From the NCBI RefSeq assembly GCF_009914755.1, contig NC_060942.1: a stretch of DNA of 64,000 nucleotides. The stretch is one strand, 5' to 3'. Origin of the DNA: the human T2T-CHM13v2.0 reference genome, Homo sapiens. Within the stretch, counting starts at the first letter, position 1. Every line of letters starts with the position of its first letter. Below the pieces are notes generated by a model. The model worked only from the letters and a program-made list of their open reading frames with translations. It did not search any database and was not told where the DNA came from. A program made the translations under genes and the position numbers. Below, piece by piece: positions 1 through 16,296 of the stretch.

Positions 1-87
1 TCACTTGAGCCCAGGAGTTCGAGACCAGCCTGGGCAACATAGTGAAGCCTGGTCTCTACAAAAAAATACAAAAATTAGCCAAGCATG

Positions 88-557
<470 letters not shown>

Positions 558-711
558 TTAACATTTTAAATAACAAAAACAAAGCTTTATCTCTCTCTCA
601 AGTAGTATTTCTCTAAGTAACTCTTATTCTCGAATAGTTCATATGTAAATTGACATTACAGCTATGTCAAATAGGTACCTATTATATTTAGTTAGTTATT
701 TATTTTTATTT

Positions 712-1003
<292 letters not shown>

Positions 1004-1666
1004 GGTACCTATTATTAATTTTAAAAAATACTGTTAAAAGAGTTTAAAGAAATGTAATATGTGGACAGACGTCTCTCAGTGTTTACAAAGAAAAAAATAA
1101 CACAGCCTCCTAAAACAAACAAAAGATATATTATATCCCCTATAATGCTTCAACTAAGCCCAAACATTCCTTAACTTATGTTGGCTCATAAGAAAAGCAC
1201 ATTGTTTTACAAACACCACAAGTTTATAGACTCAACTGTGAGGAAAAATATCCATAACAATTCAAGCAGCTCCAAATCAGAGCTTCTAATTCATATTAAC
1301 GATCTGATGGTTTTGCTGGCACATACCGGAGGGCAATTCAAAACATATAATCAAATGATCAGATGACCTTATATTGAATAAATTATTTCCAAATACTTTT
1401 TAAGAGCTGTTTGCATTCTGGACACCTCCCTTTCCGAATAAGTTTAAAGCCATGTCTCCAGTGCAGCTGAACATACCTATCTTGCCAGGAACCATAAATG
1501 TCATATCATAATGCACTGAATAGATGAGGACGATCTTGGTCAGCATACAATTCTACTGTTTAGTCAGGGGTATATAAAACGTCTTCTAGGCAAACTGCAA
1601 TCCCATACTAACCAATGAACTTTTTGTTTATAATTATGATTCCTTTTATAAAAAGAGACCATCTTA

Positions 1667-1988
<322 letters not shown>

Positions 1989-2932
1989 TTAAATCAATAT
2001 TCTAAGGTCATTTATCCCTTTCATTTTATTTCAGAAATAGGTAAATGCAGAAATTCAATCTGTCACTAACAAAGTTACTTTGTACCATATATTTTTTGCG
2101 GAGTAAAATTACCAGTTCCAACTTTAAAGTTTCCGAAGGATGCTTTCCCCATCTTTAGCTCCTCCCTTCATCTAATACAGCTTAGTCATAACCACCAAAG
2201 CCAAATAATTTTTAAACCTAGATCCTTCCTTCCTTCCCTCCTTCCCACTTACTCATGTATTTATTTATTCAGACTCAGGGTTCTACTGTGTCATCCAGCA
2301 GTGGCGTGAACATGGCTCACTGCAGCCTCAACTCCTTGGCTGAAGCCATCCTCTGACCTTAGCCTCCTGAGCAGCTGGGATCACACAGGTGCCCGCACTA
2401 CCACAGCTGTGTTTTTTTTTTTTTTTTTTTGGAGAGACAGGGTCTTGCCATGTTGTCCAGGCTGGTCTCAAACTCCAGGGCTCAGGCCTCATACCCACTT
2501 TAAAATCAACACATCTGTCCGGGTGCGGTGGCTCACGCCTGTAATCCCAGCACTTTAGGAGGCGAAAGCAGGAGGCTCACTTGACCCCAGGAGTCTGAGA
2601 CCAGCCTGCGCAACACAGGGAGACTTCTCTCTTTCAAAAGAATTGTTTCGGCCAGGCGCGGTGGCTCACGTCTGTAATCCCAGCACTTTGGGAGGCCAAG
2701 GCAGGAGGATCACGAGGTCAGGAGATCAACACTATTCTGGCTAACACAGTGAAACCCTGTCTCTCCTAAAAATACAAAAAATTAGCCAGGTGTGGTGGCA
2801 CGTGCCTGTAGTCCCAGCTACTCAGGAGGCTGAGGCAGGAGAATTGCTTGAACCTGGGAGGCGGAGGTTGCAGTCAGCCGAGATCATGACACTGCACTCC
2901 AGCCTGGGTTACAAACAAAAAAACACTAGTAA

Positions 2933-3151
<219 letters not shown>

Positions 3152-5249
3152 TAGTAGAGACAGGGTTTCACCACGTTGGCCAGGCTGGTCTCGAATTCCT
3201 GACCTCAGGTGATCCGCCCGCCTCGGCCTCCCAAAGTGCTGGGATTACAGGCGTGAACCACCGCACCCAGCCTTCTTCCTCATTTCTTGTTAACAATTTT
3301 AACATAAACTGACAAACCTGATCACCGAAATACAACATTCAAAGGCTTTAGCAGAAAAAGACTGAATTGCAGTCAGTGAATCAAATTAGTAAAAATGTTT
3401 ACTTTATCATCATTTTAATCCTGAAAGTGACATTAAGAGTTTTATCTTGTATTAAAACACAGTTTACCTCCCAACAGATTTTTTTTTCTTCTCCTTCCTT
3501 TCTGACTGAGAAGTTGAGCAGAGACAGATGCCCAACCCCAGCTTCCACCAGCTTCCTGCTGAAAATCAAGAGCAAGGCAGCCCACCAAGTGGCCCCGGCA
3601 GGATTCTGGCCATTCCCCACTACACATGGGTTGCCACTGACTGCTTCATTTGGACCCCAGGGTGAGCAACTCCCTCACGCTTGTCTTGAAACACACATGT
3701 AATAAGCGTTTAGTGTTAGTAATAGTGTGTTACTAAAATGAAGATTCAAGCTGACAGCAGGGGAGGTGGATTCCAAAAATCACAGTTAATTACCAAAGCC
3801 GCTAAGCCAAGTTATTCAAATGTCTTATTACCAAGGTATAGCCATAAAACTTACTGCTCCAGGCTATAATACCTTCAAACTCTTCAAGTTTTAAAGACAC
3901 ATTATACATAGGATTCTGCCAACTGGAGGCTATCTACCAACTTGTGAGTTGTTTCATCATGAAGGAGGCAAATGGTAGGTCACGAGACTCTGGGTCTCAT
4001 TGAGAAGTATAAAAACTTACCAAGCAGTGAAGGGTATTGGAGAGAGAAAAACAGGATTTTAAAATGAAGATTCCAAACCACTGCCTACCAATCTGGCACG
4101 GCAAGTCGGGCAAATACACACTCAACGACAGTCACTGGGGTCAGAGTAAAAAGAAATGGATTTAAATTAAAGATGGAAAGACTTAAATCAGACTTAAAGA
4201 AAAGCCTCTTGATGTAAATTGCTAAGCACCTACGGGAGATAACCAAATCTACCTGTTACCACTAATCTATCAACTAACAAGACAAAGCCTCCAGCTAGGC
4301 GTTACTGTGCTGATATATATTAGGAAATAAGTACCCAAGGCATAGAAAAATCGCTGACACAGAGAACCAAGCCATAATGTAATATTAATAAAAGTAAACA
4401 TTTGACCCTTTACCACCTCTAACACGTGGCACCACCAGGAATATTCATCCATGCCTCACCATTCAGGGAAGGTAAGTGAGCTCACTCAGGAAGTGCCACC
4501 GTCTTCCAGGTCACTGGTAAGGACAAACTGCCTGCTGCGTCTACCTTCATTCAACAGACCTCGACCGAATCGCATCCCAAAGCCGGCTATGTGCTTGGAA
4601 CTTACTGAGCAGCTATGGAGTTTGGCTTTCAGGAACTCTGGGTCCAGTCCTTAAAACCAAAAGTGCAATACAGGGCGATGAGAACTTCTATTGCTACATT
4701 CTCCTAGCAATAAAGAAGACAAAGCCCCAGCTGACTCTATTATTTGCTTCTTAACAGTGCTTTACTATAGTATTAAAGGGTTTTCAAACACTTCATTTCC
4801 AGCTTCTCTTAAGCATAATGCGTGCCTATTGACTCTCGACTGTGCCATCAAACGTTAAAACAGAACCTGTCGTTTCATTTCTAGCTTTCTATGGCTACCT
4901 CTATCAAAAGTTGGGCATGGAGATACCTTAAGTCTGGCTGGGGCGGTTGCTCACGCCTGTAATCCCAGCTCTTTGGGAGGCCGAGGGGGGCGGATCACCT
5001 GAGGTCGGCAGTTCGAGACCAGCCTGGCCAACATGGTGAAACCCCCGGTCTCTAATAAAAATACAAAAATTAGCTGAGTGTGGTGGCTCATGCCTGTAAT
5101 CCCAGCTACTCGGGAGGCTGGGGCACAAGAATCGCTTTAACAGAGGAGGCAGAGATTGCAGTGATCGGAGATCGCGCAACTACACTCCAGCCTGGGCGAC
5201 AGAGTGAGACTCTGTCTCGAAATAAAAGAGATACTTCAGTCTGACATAC

Positions 5250-5480
5250 CACAATCAACTACAATGTAATTGGAGGGAAGAGCCGATGTTGGACGGCTAT
5301 CACACGTGGCTTCACACTGTTCTTTTTCTTCTCTGGCTGGGTACGGCCTGAGGATGACTGCCCTCCAACAACTGAGGATGCTGCAGGAGGACCAGCCCAG
5401 CACCTGTCTCCATCCCCTGCACTGTGTGGCCGGCTCTGCCGCTTCTCCCCCGCTTCAGCATCACCTGCCACTTCTTCTCA
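5250..5480 (-). other. LPIN2: Alternative 5'UTR first exon (1B), inferred LPIN2
   Basis: Unique, CpG-containing block ending in donor GTG|GTATGT (plus strand acatac at 5244-5249). The end ...GATTGTG resembles my recollection of the LPIN2 5'UTR. The 5' boundary is approximate. Confidence 0.6.
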
Positions 5481-6009
5481 ATCTGAAGCCACTAAGAACG
5501 ATCAACACCAGACCGTTAAAACATAAACCAGTATGGGCCACTAAATAATTCGTAAATATTTCAAAATGTATTTCAAAACCGACTTTGTATTGTCAAAACA
5601 TTATAATCTAGCCAGGCCAAGTTTTAATAAACAGTAACACCCATCATCACTACTGGGTAAAGAACTTCATTCAACAGGACCTACCTTGACACCAAGTCTA
5701 GAGCCTCGTTTTCAATTAAAAAAAAAATGGGTAAGCCCCAAATGTGCATTAAAAATTAGTTTGGCCATTTACTAAGTAGTCCTTCAAAGCATTTCCAAGT
5801 ATTCAGAGTTCCAGTACTTTTCGGAAAGGAAGGGTGATCTTTCTGGTACTGGTTTGCATAATTATGCCTAAAAAATGTCATCTTGAATTTTCAATGAAAA
5901 GAGTCTTAAAATGTTCAGGCGAGTGGAGAAAATGGTGATCCGCTGGCGTTAGAAGTGGACAGAGAGGCTCTCAGTACAAACTGTATCTGAACGTGTTCCT
6001 CACAAATTA

Positions 6010-7110
6010 AGATCTGCACCGGGGGCTGGGGGCTTTGAGAAAACTAACCACATTTGAATCCGGTCCACACAGCTTGAAGGCGGAGGTGCGGGGCAAAGCG
6101 CGGCGGGGAAGAAACACCAGCAACTCGGCGGCCCCCGCCTCGCCGCAGATCACGTGCCCGGCGCCCCCTCCCGCAGGGCCGGGGGCGGGATGGAGACGCG
6201 GCCTCCCGCGCGCCTTCCGCACTCCCCTCCGCGCCCCAAACCCAGGGGTAGGGGTGGTCTCGGGTAACCATCCCCAGGGCGGCGGCGAGGGAACTGCGCG
6301 GGTTCAGAGTCCTCAGCAGCCACCACTGACGCCCCGCCGCCCCCGGCTCCCCGCGCACCCCGCCGGTCCGTCCTGCGGCGGCGGCGGTAGGGGCCGCGTC
6401 TACGTGGCGCGGTCGCGGCGAGGCGGGGACTGGGACGCGAGGACCGGGAAGCGGGGACCGCGGCGCGAGGAGGGGCGGCTCAACCCGCGCCGCCCCGGAG
6501 GGTCCCGGCCTCCGGCAGGACAGCCCCGGGCCCGCGCCAAGGGAAGCCCCCAGGCGCAGACACTCACCGCCAGCCCCGGAGGGACGCCTGCGAGGAGCCC
6601 GGCCCGCGCCCACTTACCCACAGGGGCTCCGCTCCCGGCCAGCGGGCGGCTGAGGGCAGGCGGCGGCTGGACTGCGACGGCTAGGACCCGCCGGGGAGGG
6701 AAGCCGAGGGGGCGGGGCCGGTCGGGGGCGCGCGCGGGGTCGGAGCGCCCGCAGCCGCCGCTGCCTTGGAAGCCGCCTGGGCCGCAGCCGAGTCGGGCGG
6801 CCCTCATGAATGGGACGCGGCGGCTGCGGCGGCCGAGCCGGCAGCTGGCGGGCGGGCAGCGCGCAGGCCCCGCCCCAGCCACGTGACGCGCGCTCCCGGC
6901 CGCGCGCCGCGCCCCCGCCGCCGAGCGCCAGGCGTGCGGCTTCTCACCGCTCCCAGTCCCTGGGCTGCGCGCCCGGGCCCCTGGCCAAGTGAGGGCGGGG
7001 CCTCGATTTTCTAGTGCCTCGGGCGACAGGAGCCTTACTTTGTTTTAAAAAAAAAAAGTTTCTTCCGGTCCCCATGGCAACCCTGCGGCAGGTCACGTGG
7101 GACTGAGAGC
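6010..7110. promoter_or_regulatory. LPIN2: CpG-island promoter, inferred LPIN2
   Basis: Very high GC and CpG density with GC boxes, CACGTG E-boxes (6151, 6880, 7094), an ETS core cttccgg (7062) and an RFX-like gtccccatggcaac (7068-7081). Gene identity is inferred from the known position of LPIN2 3' of MYOM1 on the same strand. Confidence 0.85.
6618..6680 (-). other. LPIN2: Non-coding first exon (1A), inferred LPIN2
   Basis: Strong minus-strand donor TGG|GTAAGT (plus strand acttac at 6612-6617) inside the CpG island. The 5' boundary is approximate. Confidence 0.7.
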
Positions 7111-7300
7111 CCAATTGCCAAAAAGGAATGTTAAAGTGCAAAAAAAGTCTAGGGAATGAATGTTTTATAATCCCCTTTTGATCACTAGTAGCACATCTCC
7201 TTTGCTTACTTACATCTCCACCGAAAAAAAAAAAATCCTATTACACAACTCATTTTTAAAAATATGCCGGGGTTCTGTTGTTTTTTGTTTATTCTTTTTA

Positions 7301-7800
<500 letters not shown>

Positions 7801-9049
7801 CTAGCCTGGCCAACGTGGCAAAACCCCGCCTCTACTAAAAATACAAAAATTAGCCGGGCATGTTGGCTGCAATCCCAGCTACTTAGGAGGCAGAGGCGGT
7901 AGAATCACTTGAACCCGGGGGGCGGAGGTTGCAGTGAGCAGAGATTGCGCCACTTCACTCCAGCCTGGGAGCGAAACTCTGTCTCAAAAAAAAAAAAAAA
8001 CAAAAAAAACTGGATTGCTGGTGCTATATACTATTGGTGCACACTGGTTTTTAATTTGCAGCCTATTCTATTACTATTCTATGATTGAAAGTAATGAACA
8101 GAAGCCTATGTTACTTCTATATAAATGGCAGTTAATTTATGAGGTGCATCTTGTGTGTGATCATTTATACAGTTCTAAGGGTACTGAAATAGGCATTTGC
8201 ATACACAAAGCTGCTCCTTGAAGGATCCAGCTGCAGCCCAGTTTCTTCCCACCAGTGCCTGGTGTAGCTGGGCAGTGCTTGGATTCAGGGAGCAGGCGAC
8301 CACTTCTTCACTGAAGTTCCTTCTGCTTTTCTGTGAAACTCGATCAAGTTTTGCCCCATCTGTAATCAAGGCCCTACAGAAACATAGGTAGTTGCACTGG
8401 CACAAGACCACTAGGAATTTTCCTCATTTCACTGCTTCTCACTTGGCTTCACAAGTAAAATAAAAATTGAAGAGGACTAAAATATCCCCCTCCGTATTCA
8501 ATGGATTTTATAAATATGGAGAAGAAAAATTAAAGCTAGAGAAAGAATTTAATCCTCAGTTTCTACGTCAGTAAAATAAAGATAGTAGTGTCTTTCTTAC
8601 AGAATTGTTTTGTGGATTCCCCGTGATAACCTATAAAGTGCCTACGTTAGTGTCTGCAACCTGGAACAGGCTGTTAGCGTTTATTTTCTTTCCTTTCTTC
8701 CATTTCTCCCACTTAGACTTTTCCTGTTTCTCTCAGGCTATTTTCTCTATCTCTGCCTTGGGAGGGAAATATTCTGCCAAGCTCCCTTCCTTCCTTTCAT
8801 CATTCAGGAAGCCCTAGAGCTCCCCTCCCTTCCTCCAAACAACCTTGCGTTTGAGACCTCACTCAGAACGATTGGTTCATATTGCTAATATTTTCCTCAT
8901 TTTCCCGTGTCCACCAGCTTACACTACCACTTAAGTGGTGACTCATTAAATGTTTGTTGCATGATAAATCCCTTCACCTCCTGCCCTAGGAAGTGTGGAG
9001 GGGCCACCCCAGGTCCACCTACTCCACTGGAGTGTCAGAGGAAGAAAGC

Positions 9050-9990
9050 GCTTCCTTCAACTGGCCTCTGACCCACCACCTTCCAGCTCCAAGGTGAGGA
9101 ACCTCACTCCACTAATTGTCCCCTCTTCCTCAATTCTGGCTTCATTCCTGCACTTGAAAAAGAAGCTTTTGTGGCCCCTCCGTTCCCCCTCAGGCTGTCG
9201 ACTTATCACACAGCTTCTCTTCCCACCCAAGCTACCTGAAAGAGTTTCAGGTTTTCTCCCATCTTCACAGGGTTGCTCCTCCTCTAACCCTGAAACTGCT
9301 CAGGCTAAAGTCACTATGACCTTCTGGTTGCCGAAGAAAACAGACCCCTTTCCTGTCCCATGCCTCATGATCTCTGCAGGGCAAGATGCTGTTGATCATT
9401 ATTTCCTTCTTGAAACTCTCTCCTCCCCTCATTAGTGGGAACTCCTCTGAATTCTACATGCCTGTGCTCAGTGGCTTTCAACGTCTCAACCAGCAAGGTC
9501 CACAGTGATGTCAGATTCAAACCCATTATTTGTGCTTCTTCAAACCTGCTCCACCTGAATCTCCTATCCTGGCTGATGGCGCTGTCATCTGTTTAGACAT
9601 ACTTGCCAGAAACCTAGGAGGGAGTCTCATTTCCCTCTACTCCCATGCTGTTTCCATCACTCCTCCTCATTATTCCTCCTCATGATTCCTACTCTTGGTC
9701 CTCTGTCGCACCACTCACCCCTGCTTGTGATTAGGCCCTCGCCATTTCTCTTGTGGTCCATTGTAGGAATATGCCAGCTGGTCTCCCTACCCTCTAGTCC
9801 TGCCCAATTCTAAGCATCCTCTACTCTGAATTGCAGACCTGGCCATGGCACAGGTGGTTGGCAACCCATTGTCTTGACGAAGCAAGCCAAGTTCCCTAGC
9901 GTGGCATCCAGTGTGCTCCTTTTCTCTCTAATTTTCTCTCCTGCTCCTTCTAGTCTGTATGCTTCAGCCATTCCATCATCCCTTTTGCAA
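9050..9990 (+). mobile_element. Degenerate L2 LINE fragment
   Basis: ctgaaactgctc..ctaaagtcactatgaccttctggttgcc; ttccttcttgaaactctctcctc; ccagaaacctaggag. Confidence 0.6.
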
Positions 9991-10817
9991 CAGGATTTTT
10001 TTTTTTTTTTTGGAGACAGGGTCTCACTCTGTTGTTCAGGCCAAAGTGAAGTGGTGTGATCACGGTTCACTGCAACCTCAAACTCCTGGGCTCAATCGAG
10101 CCTCCCACCTTAGCCACCCAAAGTACTGGAATTACAGGCTTGAGCCACAGTAGCTGGTAAGAATAATTTTTCATATATTAACTTCTGTGTTTTTCCTTAG
10201 AGTTCTCTCTTTCTTCTTCTCCTTATAAGAATGCACCCAGGCATTCTGCTTGTCTCAGGAGGTTGTTGGCAGAGTGGAAAGCAGAAGTTGTCTGCAAGAC
10301 ATTTCCTTCCTGTCTTTTATTTCCAAAACACTATGCTCAGTGAGGAACCTGTCTCAGTCAAGGGGGAGAGGGCCAGGGAGAAGGCATATCTTTGAGGGAA
10401 TCTGGAAAGCAGAGAAGGATTTTCTCTAGAATAAGAATCAAGTATCCCCGACCTGGAGTTGGAAGGAGGTGGTCCTATGCCCTCCTGTCTGGCAGCTCCC
10501 AGGGGAGGTGATTCAACCTTAGAAAAATAGCTTTGTTATTCCCAGCTTCTGCATCTCTTTCTCTGTGAGGACAGAGAATAGCTAGCATTTTCTGTACCAT
10601 CACTGTGTGCCCAGCTCTTCTAGTAATTCAACTTCTATCATTAACACCAGTTTACAGAGGAAGGAACTATGGCACAGAGATGTTGGGTAACTTGCCTCAG
10701 ATCTCACAACTCGTCAGCAGTGTTGATAGAATTTGCCTCCAGCCCTCCTTGACTCCTAAACCCATATTTTTTTCTTCTCTTTCTAAAAAAGTTATTATTT
10801 AGCCATCAAATGAATGA

Positions 10818-11108
<291 letters not shown>

Positions 11109-13836
11109 TGAGTAAATACGTGATGAAAAATAAGTGAAGATTTCTATTTCATCTGATAGGCTCAGCTGGGTGTCTAGACCAACTTTCCCTCACTGAAAAC
11201 AAAAACAAAAATACTGGGCAAAATAATAAAAATATATTCTGGAAGGCATCTATAAACTGGCAAGAAATTAAGAAATTGCCCCAGGACAGGGTGAAGGTCA
11301 GAACCCAGAGAGGTAAGCCGAGCCCAAAGTCAGCATATGCCTGGAGGATTTTTGCTGAATCTAGTGAGTTTGAACGTTGATTTTTGAAGCCTTGGGAGTT
11401 TTGTGCAGCAGAAGTAAAGGTTAGCATGTACTTTAAGTAGGGAGATTAATAGAAGACCCAATAAATACAGAATTGCAAAAGCAAAATAGTAGAATAAGAA
11501 AAAAAATTACTTCTCAAGCCGACCCAGAAACCTCACTAAAGCTGGTAACATATGAACATATAAAACACATATAGGCCGGGTGCAGTGGCTCACACCTGTA
11601 ATCCCAGCACTTTGGGAGGCCGAGACAGGCAGATCACTTGAGGTCAGGAGTTCGAGGCTAGCCTGGCCAACATGGTGAAACCCGTCTCTACTAAAAACAC
11701 AAAAATTAGCCAGGTGTGGTGGCGCACAACTGTAGTCCCAGCTACTCAGGAGGCTGAGGTAGGAGAATCACTTGAACCCAAGACACAGAGGCAGTGAGCC
11801 AAGATGGGGCCACTGCACTCCAGCCTGAGCAACAGAGCTAGACTTCATCTCAAAAACTAAATAAATAAATAAATAAATAAATAAAATAAATAAAGCAAGT
11901 CTTAACAAATCTGAAAATTTTGAATGCATTGGCCAGACGCAGTGGCTCACAACTGTAATCCCAGCACTTCAGGAAACCAAATCAGGAAGATAGCTTGAGC
12001 TTGGGAGGATTGCTTGAGCTCAGGAGTTTGAGACCAGCCTGAGCAACATAGAGAGACCTCATCTCTACTAAAAATGTAATAAATTAGCTGGCTGTGGTAG
12101 CGTGTGCCTGTAGTCCCAGCTACTCGGGAAGATGAGGTGGGAGGATTGATTGAGCCTAAGAGGTCAAGGTCGCAGTGAGCCCAGATTGTACCACTGCACT
12201 CCAGCCTGGGCAATAGAGCACGACCCTGTCTCAAGAAGAATGAAAGAGAGAGAGAAAAGAAAGAAAGGAAAATGTTTATCATACAGACTATATCCTCTGA
12301 ACACAATGCAATTAAGACAAGAATCGGCCGGGCCCAGTGGCTCACGCCTGTAATCCCAGCACTTTGGGAGGCCGAGGCGGGCAGATCACGAGGTCAGGAG
12401 ATCGAGACTATCCTGGCTAACACGGTGAAATCTCGTCTCTACTAAAAATACCAAAAAAAAAAAAAATTAGCCGGGCATGGTGGCAGGCGCCTGTAGTCCC
12501 GCTACTTGGGAGGCTGAGGCAGAAGAATGGTGTGAACCCAGGAGGCAGAGCTTGCAGTGAGCCGAGATTGCGCCACTGCACTTCAGCCTGGGCAACAGAG
12601 CGAGACTCCGTCTTAAAAAAAAAAAAAAAAAAAAGACAAGAATCAATTTTTTTAAGAAGTAACTAGAAAAACCTATTTGTTTGGAAATTCATGAGCCAAT
12701 GAACAGCACTATGGGAATGTGACAACATTTAAATGCTATATATCAAATATTTGATACTATGTATGAAAATATGAGGGATAAAACTGAGCAAGTTGTTAAG
12801 GGGAAACTTATAGACTAAAAGCTTATATTACAAGAGAAAATTGTTTGAAATGTAAAGAGCTAAAAAGTTAGAAAAAGAACAGGAAATTAAAGTCATATAG
12901 AAGAAAGGAAATAATAAAGATAAAATTTTAAAAATAATAAAATTGAAAGCAAACATGCAATAGAAAGAACCAACTAAGCCAAACACTGCATTCAAACTTC
13001 TGGTGAAAAATGATCAGGGAAAAAGGAGAAGGCACAACACACAATGTGAAGCATAAAGGGAAAGCTATAATCACACATGATGTGGAACTTAACAAAGGTA
13101 AAAGAACTTTGTGAAATTCCAAGAAGCGTAAATTAATAAAACTGAAACTCGTAACTGTCCAAGAACTTGAATCTGTTGTTAAATATTTTCTGCAAAGAAA
13201 AATCTAGCTAAAACAGTTTGCCAGTGATTTCTACCGAACATTCCAGTAATAAGTAATTCCAATCTCACACTCTAAAGTATGGAAAAGGAGAGATTATCCC
13301 TCAACTCGCTTTATGAAGCTGGCATTGCCTTATACCAAAATCTGATCAGGAGAGTGTCAGAAACAAAAATCCCAGGCCAAAACACTCTTACATATATAGA
13401 CATGAAAAGTCCTGAGCTGAATTTCAACAATGTGAATCCAGCAAGGTAATACATTATAACCAAACGGGCTTATCCAAGAATGCAAGGTTAGTTTAAAATG
13501 AGAAAATCAATTAATGTAATTCACCACATTAAAAGATTAAAGGAAAAAAAAATCCTATGATGATCTCAGCAGGTTCAGAAAAAGCCTTTGATCAAATGGA
13601 GTATCCAACCAGATAAAATTCATAGGAAACTAGGAATATTTTCCTTGAAAAAAAGGGGAGATTTACAAAAGTGTATAGCAAATATCATAAGTAATCATTG
13701 CTTTAAAAAAAAAAATGAGGGGTCGGGTGCAGTAGCTCACGCCTGTAATCCCAGCACTTTGGGAGGCTGAGGCAGGCAGATCGCTTGCCCAAGAGTTTGA
13801 GATCAGCCTGGGCAACATGGCGAAACCCCATCTCTA

Positions 13837-14013
<177 letters not shown>

Positions 14014-14589
14014 TTAAAAATAAAATAAAATTTTAAAATGAGGAACATAAGTGTGCAGCCATCTCCACTTCTATTCAGTATAGTACTAGAGGTTCTAATA
14101 GTGGAATAAGGTAAGACAAAGAAATCAAATATGTATGTATTGGAAAGAAAGAAATCACAATGACATGGTCGTATGTGTACAAAATTCAAAAGAATGTATA
14201 CATAACCTATTGAAATGAATGTGAGAGTTTAGTAATGTTGCTGGATGCTAAAATCAACATGCAAAATTGTTAGCATTTGTATATACCAGTAATAAACAGT
14301 TTGGAATGAAATTTTTTTAAAGATACATTTAGAATAATATCAAAAAATAAGCGACTGAGGAATAAATCTAACAAAATATGAGCAAGACCTTTAATTTTTT
14401 AATTCTTTTTTTTTTTTTTTTTTGAGACAGGGTCTCACTCTGTCACCTAGGCTGGAGTACAGTGGCACGAACACAGCTCACTACAGCCTCAACTTCTGGG
14501 CTCAAGGGATCCTCCCACCTCAGCCTCCCAAGTAGCTGGGACCACAGGCTTGCAGCACCACATTAAAAAAATTTTTTCTAACTTGTTTA

Positions 14590-15068
<479 letters not shown>

Positions 15069-15650
15069 TAAGAAGCTTCAGTGAAAAACTATGAAGAAGA
15101 CCTAGTTAGAAAAATACCATATTTGGAGATAGATCCAATCTCATAAAAATATTAATTCTCAATAAATTGATCTATGAATTCAATGCAATTTCATTCAAAA
15201 TAGAGGTTACTTCTTCAAAAGACTCTTGAAGAAAAACAGAGAGGGAGGAATTACCTTTCTATATATCAAAACTGTAGGATGAAAGGCAGGGTCATATTAG
15301 TTCAGGGGCCAGTTAGACAAATAGGCCAATCAAATGCAATAGAAATTCTCACCACACACACACAAAAAAGTATGTGAGGTAATGAATATGTTAATCCGTT
15401 TGATTTAGCTATTCCACAATGTATGCATGTATCAACACATCATGTTGTACACCGTAAATATACGTAACTTTTGTCAGTTTAATAATTAGGCCAGGTACAG
15501 TGGCTCACACCTGTAATCCCAGCACTTTGGGAAGCCAAGGTGGGAGGATTGCTTGAGGCCAGGAGTTCAACGCTAGCCTAGACAATGTGGGAAGACCCCA
15601 TCTCTATTTTAAAAAATAAAAATAAATAAATAAGAAAATATGAAAAGTAA

Positions 15651-15800
<150 letters not shown>

Positions 15801-15941
15801 TAGCCATTTTTTTTAAATGTAAGAAAAAGCTCAGAAATAGGTTCAACACATACAGACACTTGATGTATGGCAGAGGGGGCAATTCAGAATATTGGGGAAA
15901 AGATGGATTTTTCAATAAATGGTTAGGAGGCAGTTGATTAT

Positions 15942-16296
15942 TGTATTCATTTTCATTGCTATAACAAAATACCACACTGGGTAATTTATAAAGAAAATAA
16001 GTTTCTCTGGCTCACAATTCTGCAGGCTGGAAGTCCAAGGTGGATGGGCCGGATCTGGTGAAGGCCTTCGTGCTGTAACCTAGCAGGGGGCTTCTGGTGG
16101 CAAGAGGGCAAGGGATGCTAATTCAAGTCCCTCTTCCTCTTCTTATAAAGCCACCAGTCCTAGCATGGGGACTCCTGATGACCTTATCTAATCTCAGTTA
16201 CCTCCCAAAGGCCCCACCTCCAGGTACCATCAACATATGAATTTGAGGATTACATTTCCGACACATGAAGTTTGGGGAATACTTCAAACCATAGTG
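15942..16296 (-). mobile_element. MaLR LTR (MST family, MSTC/D-like)
   Basis: tgtattcattttcattgctataacaaaatacc...ggctggaagtccaagg...cctcccaaaggccccacctcc...ttcaaaccatag is a typical MST LTR in reverse orientation. Confidence 0.75.

Noticed and set aside
4469-4477. Consensus plus-strand donor AAG|GTAAGT suggesting an antisense exon
   Set aside because: An isolated motif with no supported acceptor, promoter or partner exon.
6035-6886. 283-aa plus-strand ORF and overlapping 160-189-aa ORFs
   Set aside because: Low-complexity Arg/Gly/Pro/Ala ORFs open in several frames because stop codons are scarce in a CpG island. They have non-ATG starts and no recognisable domain.
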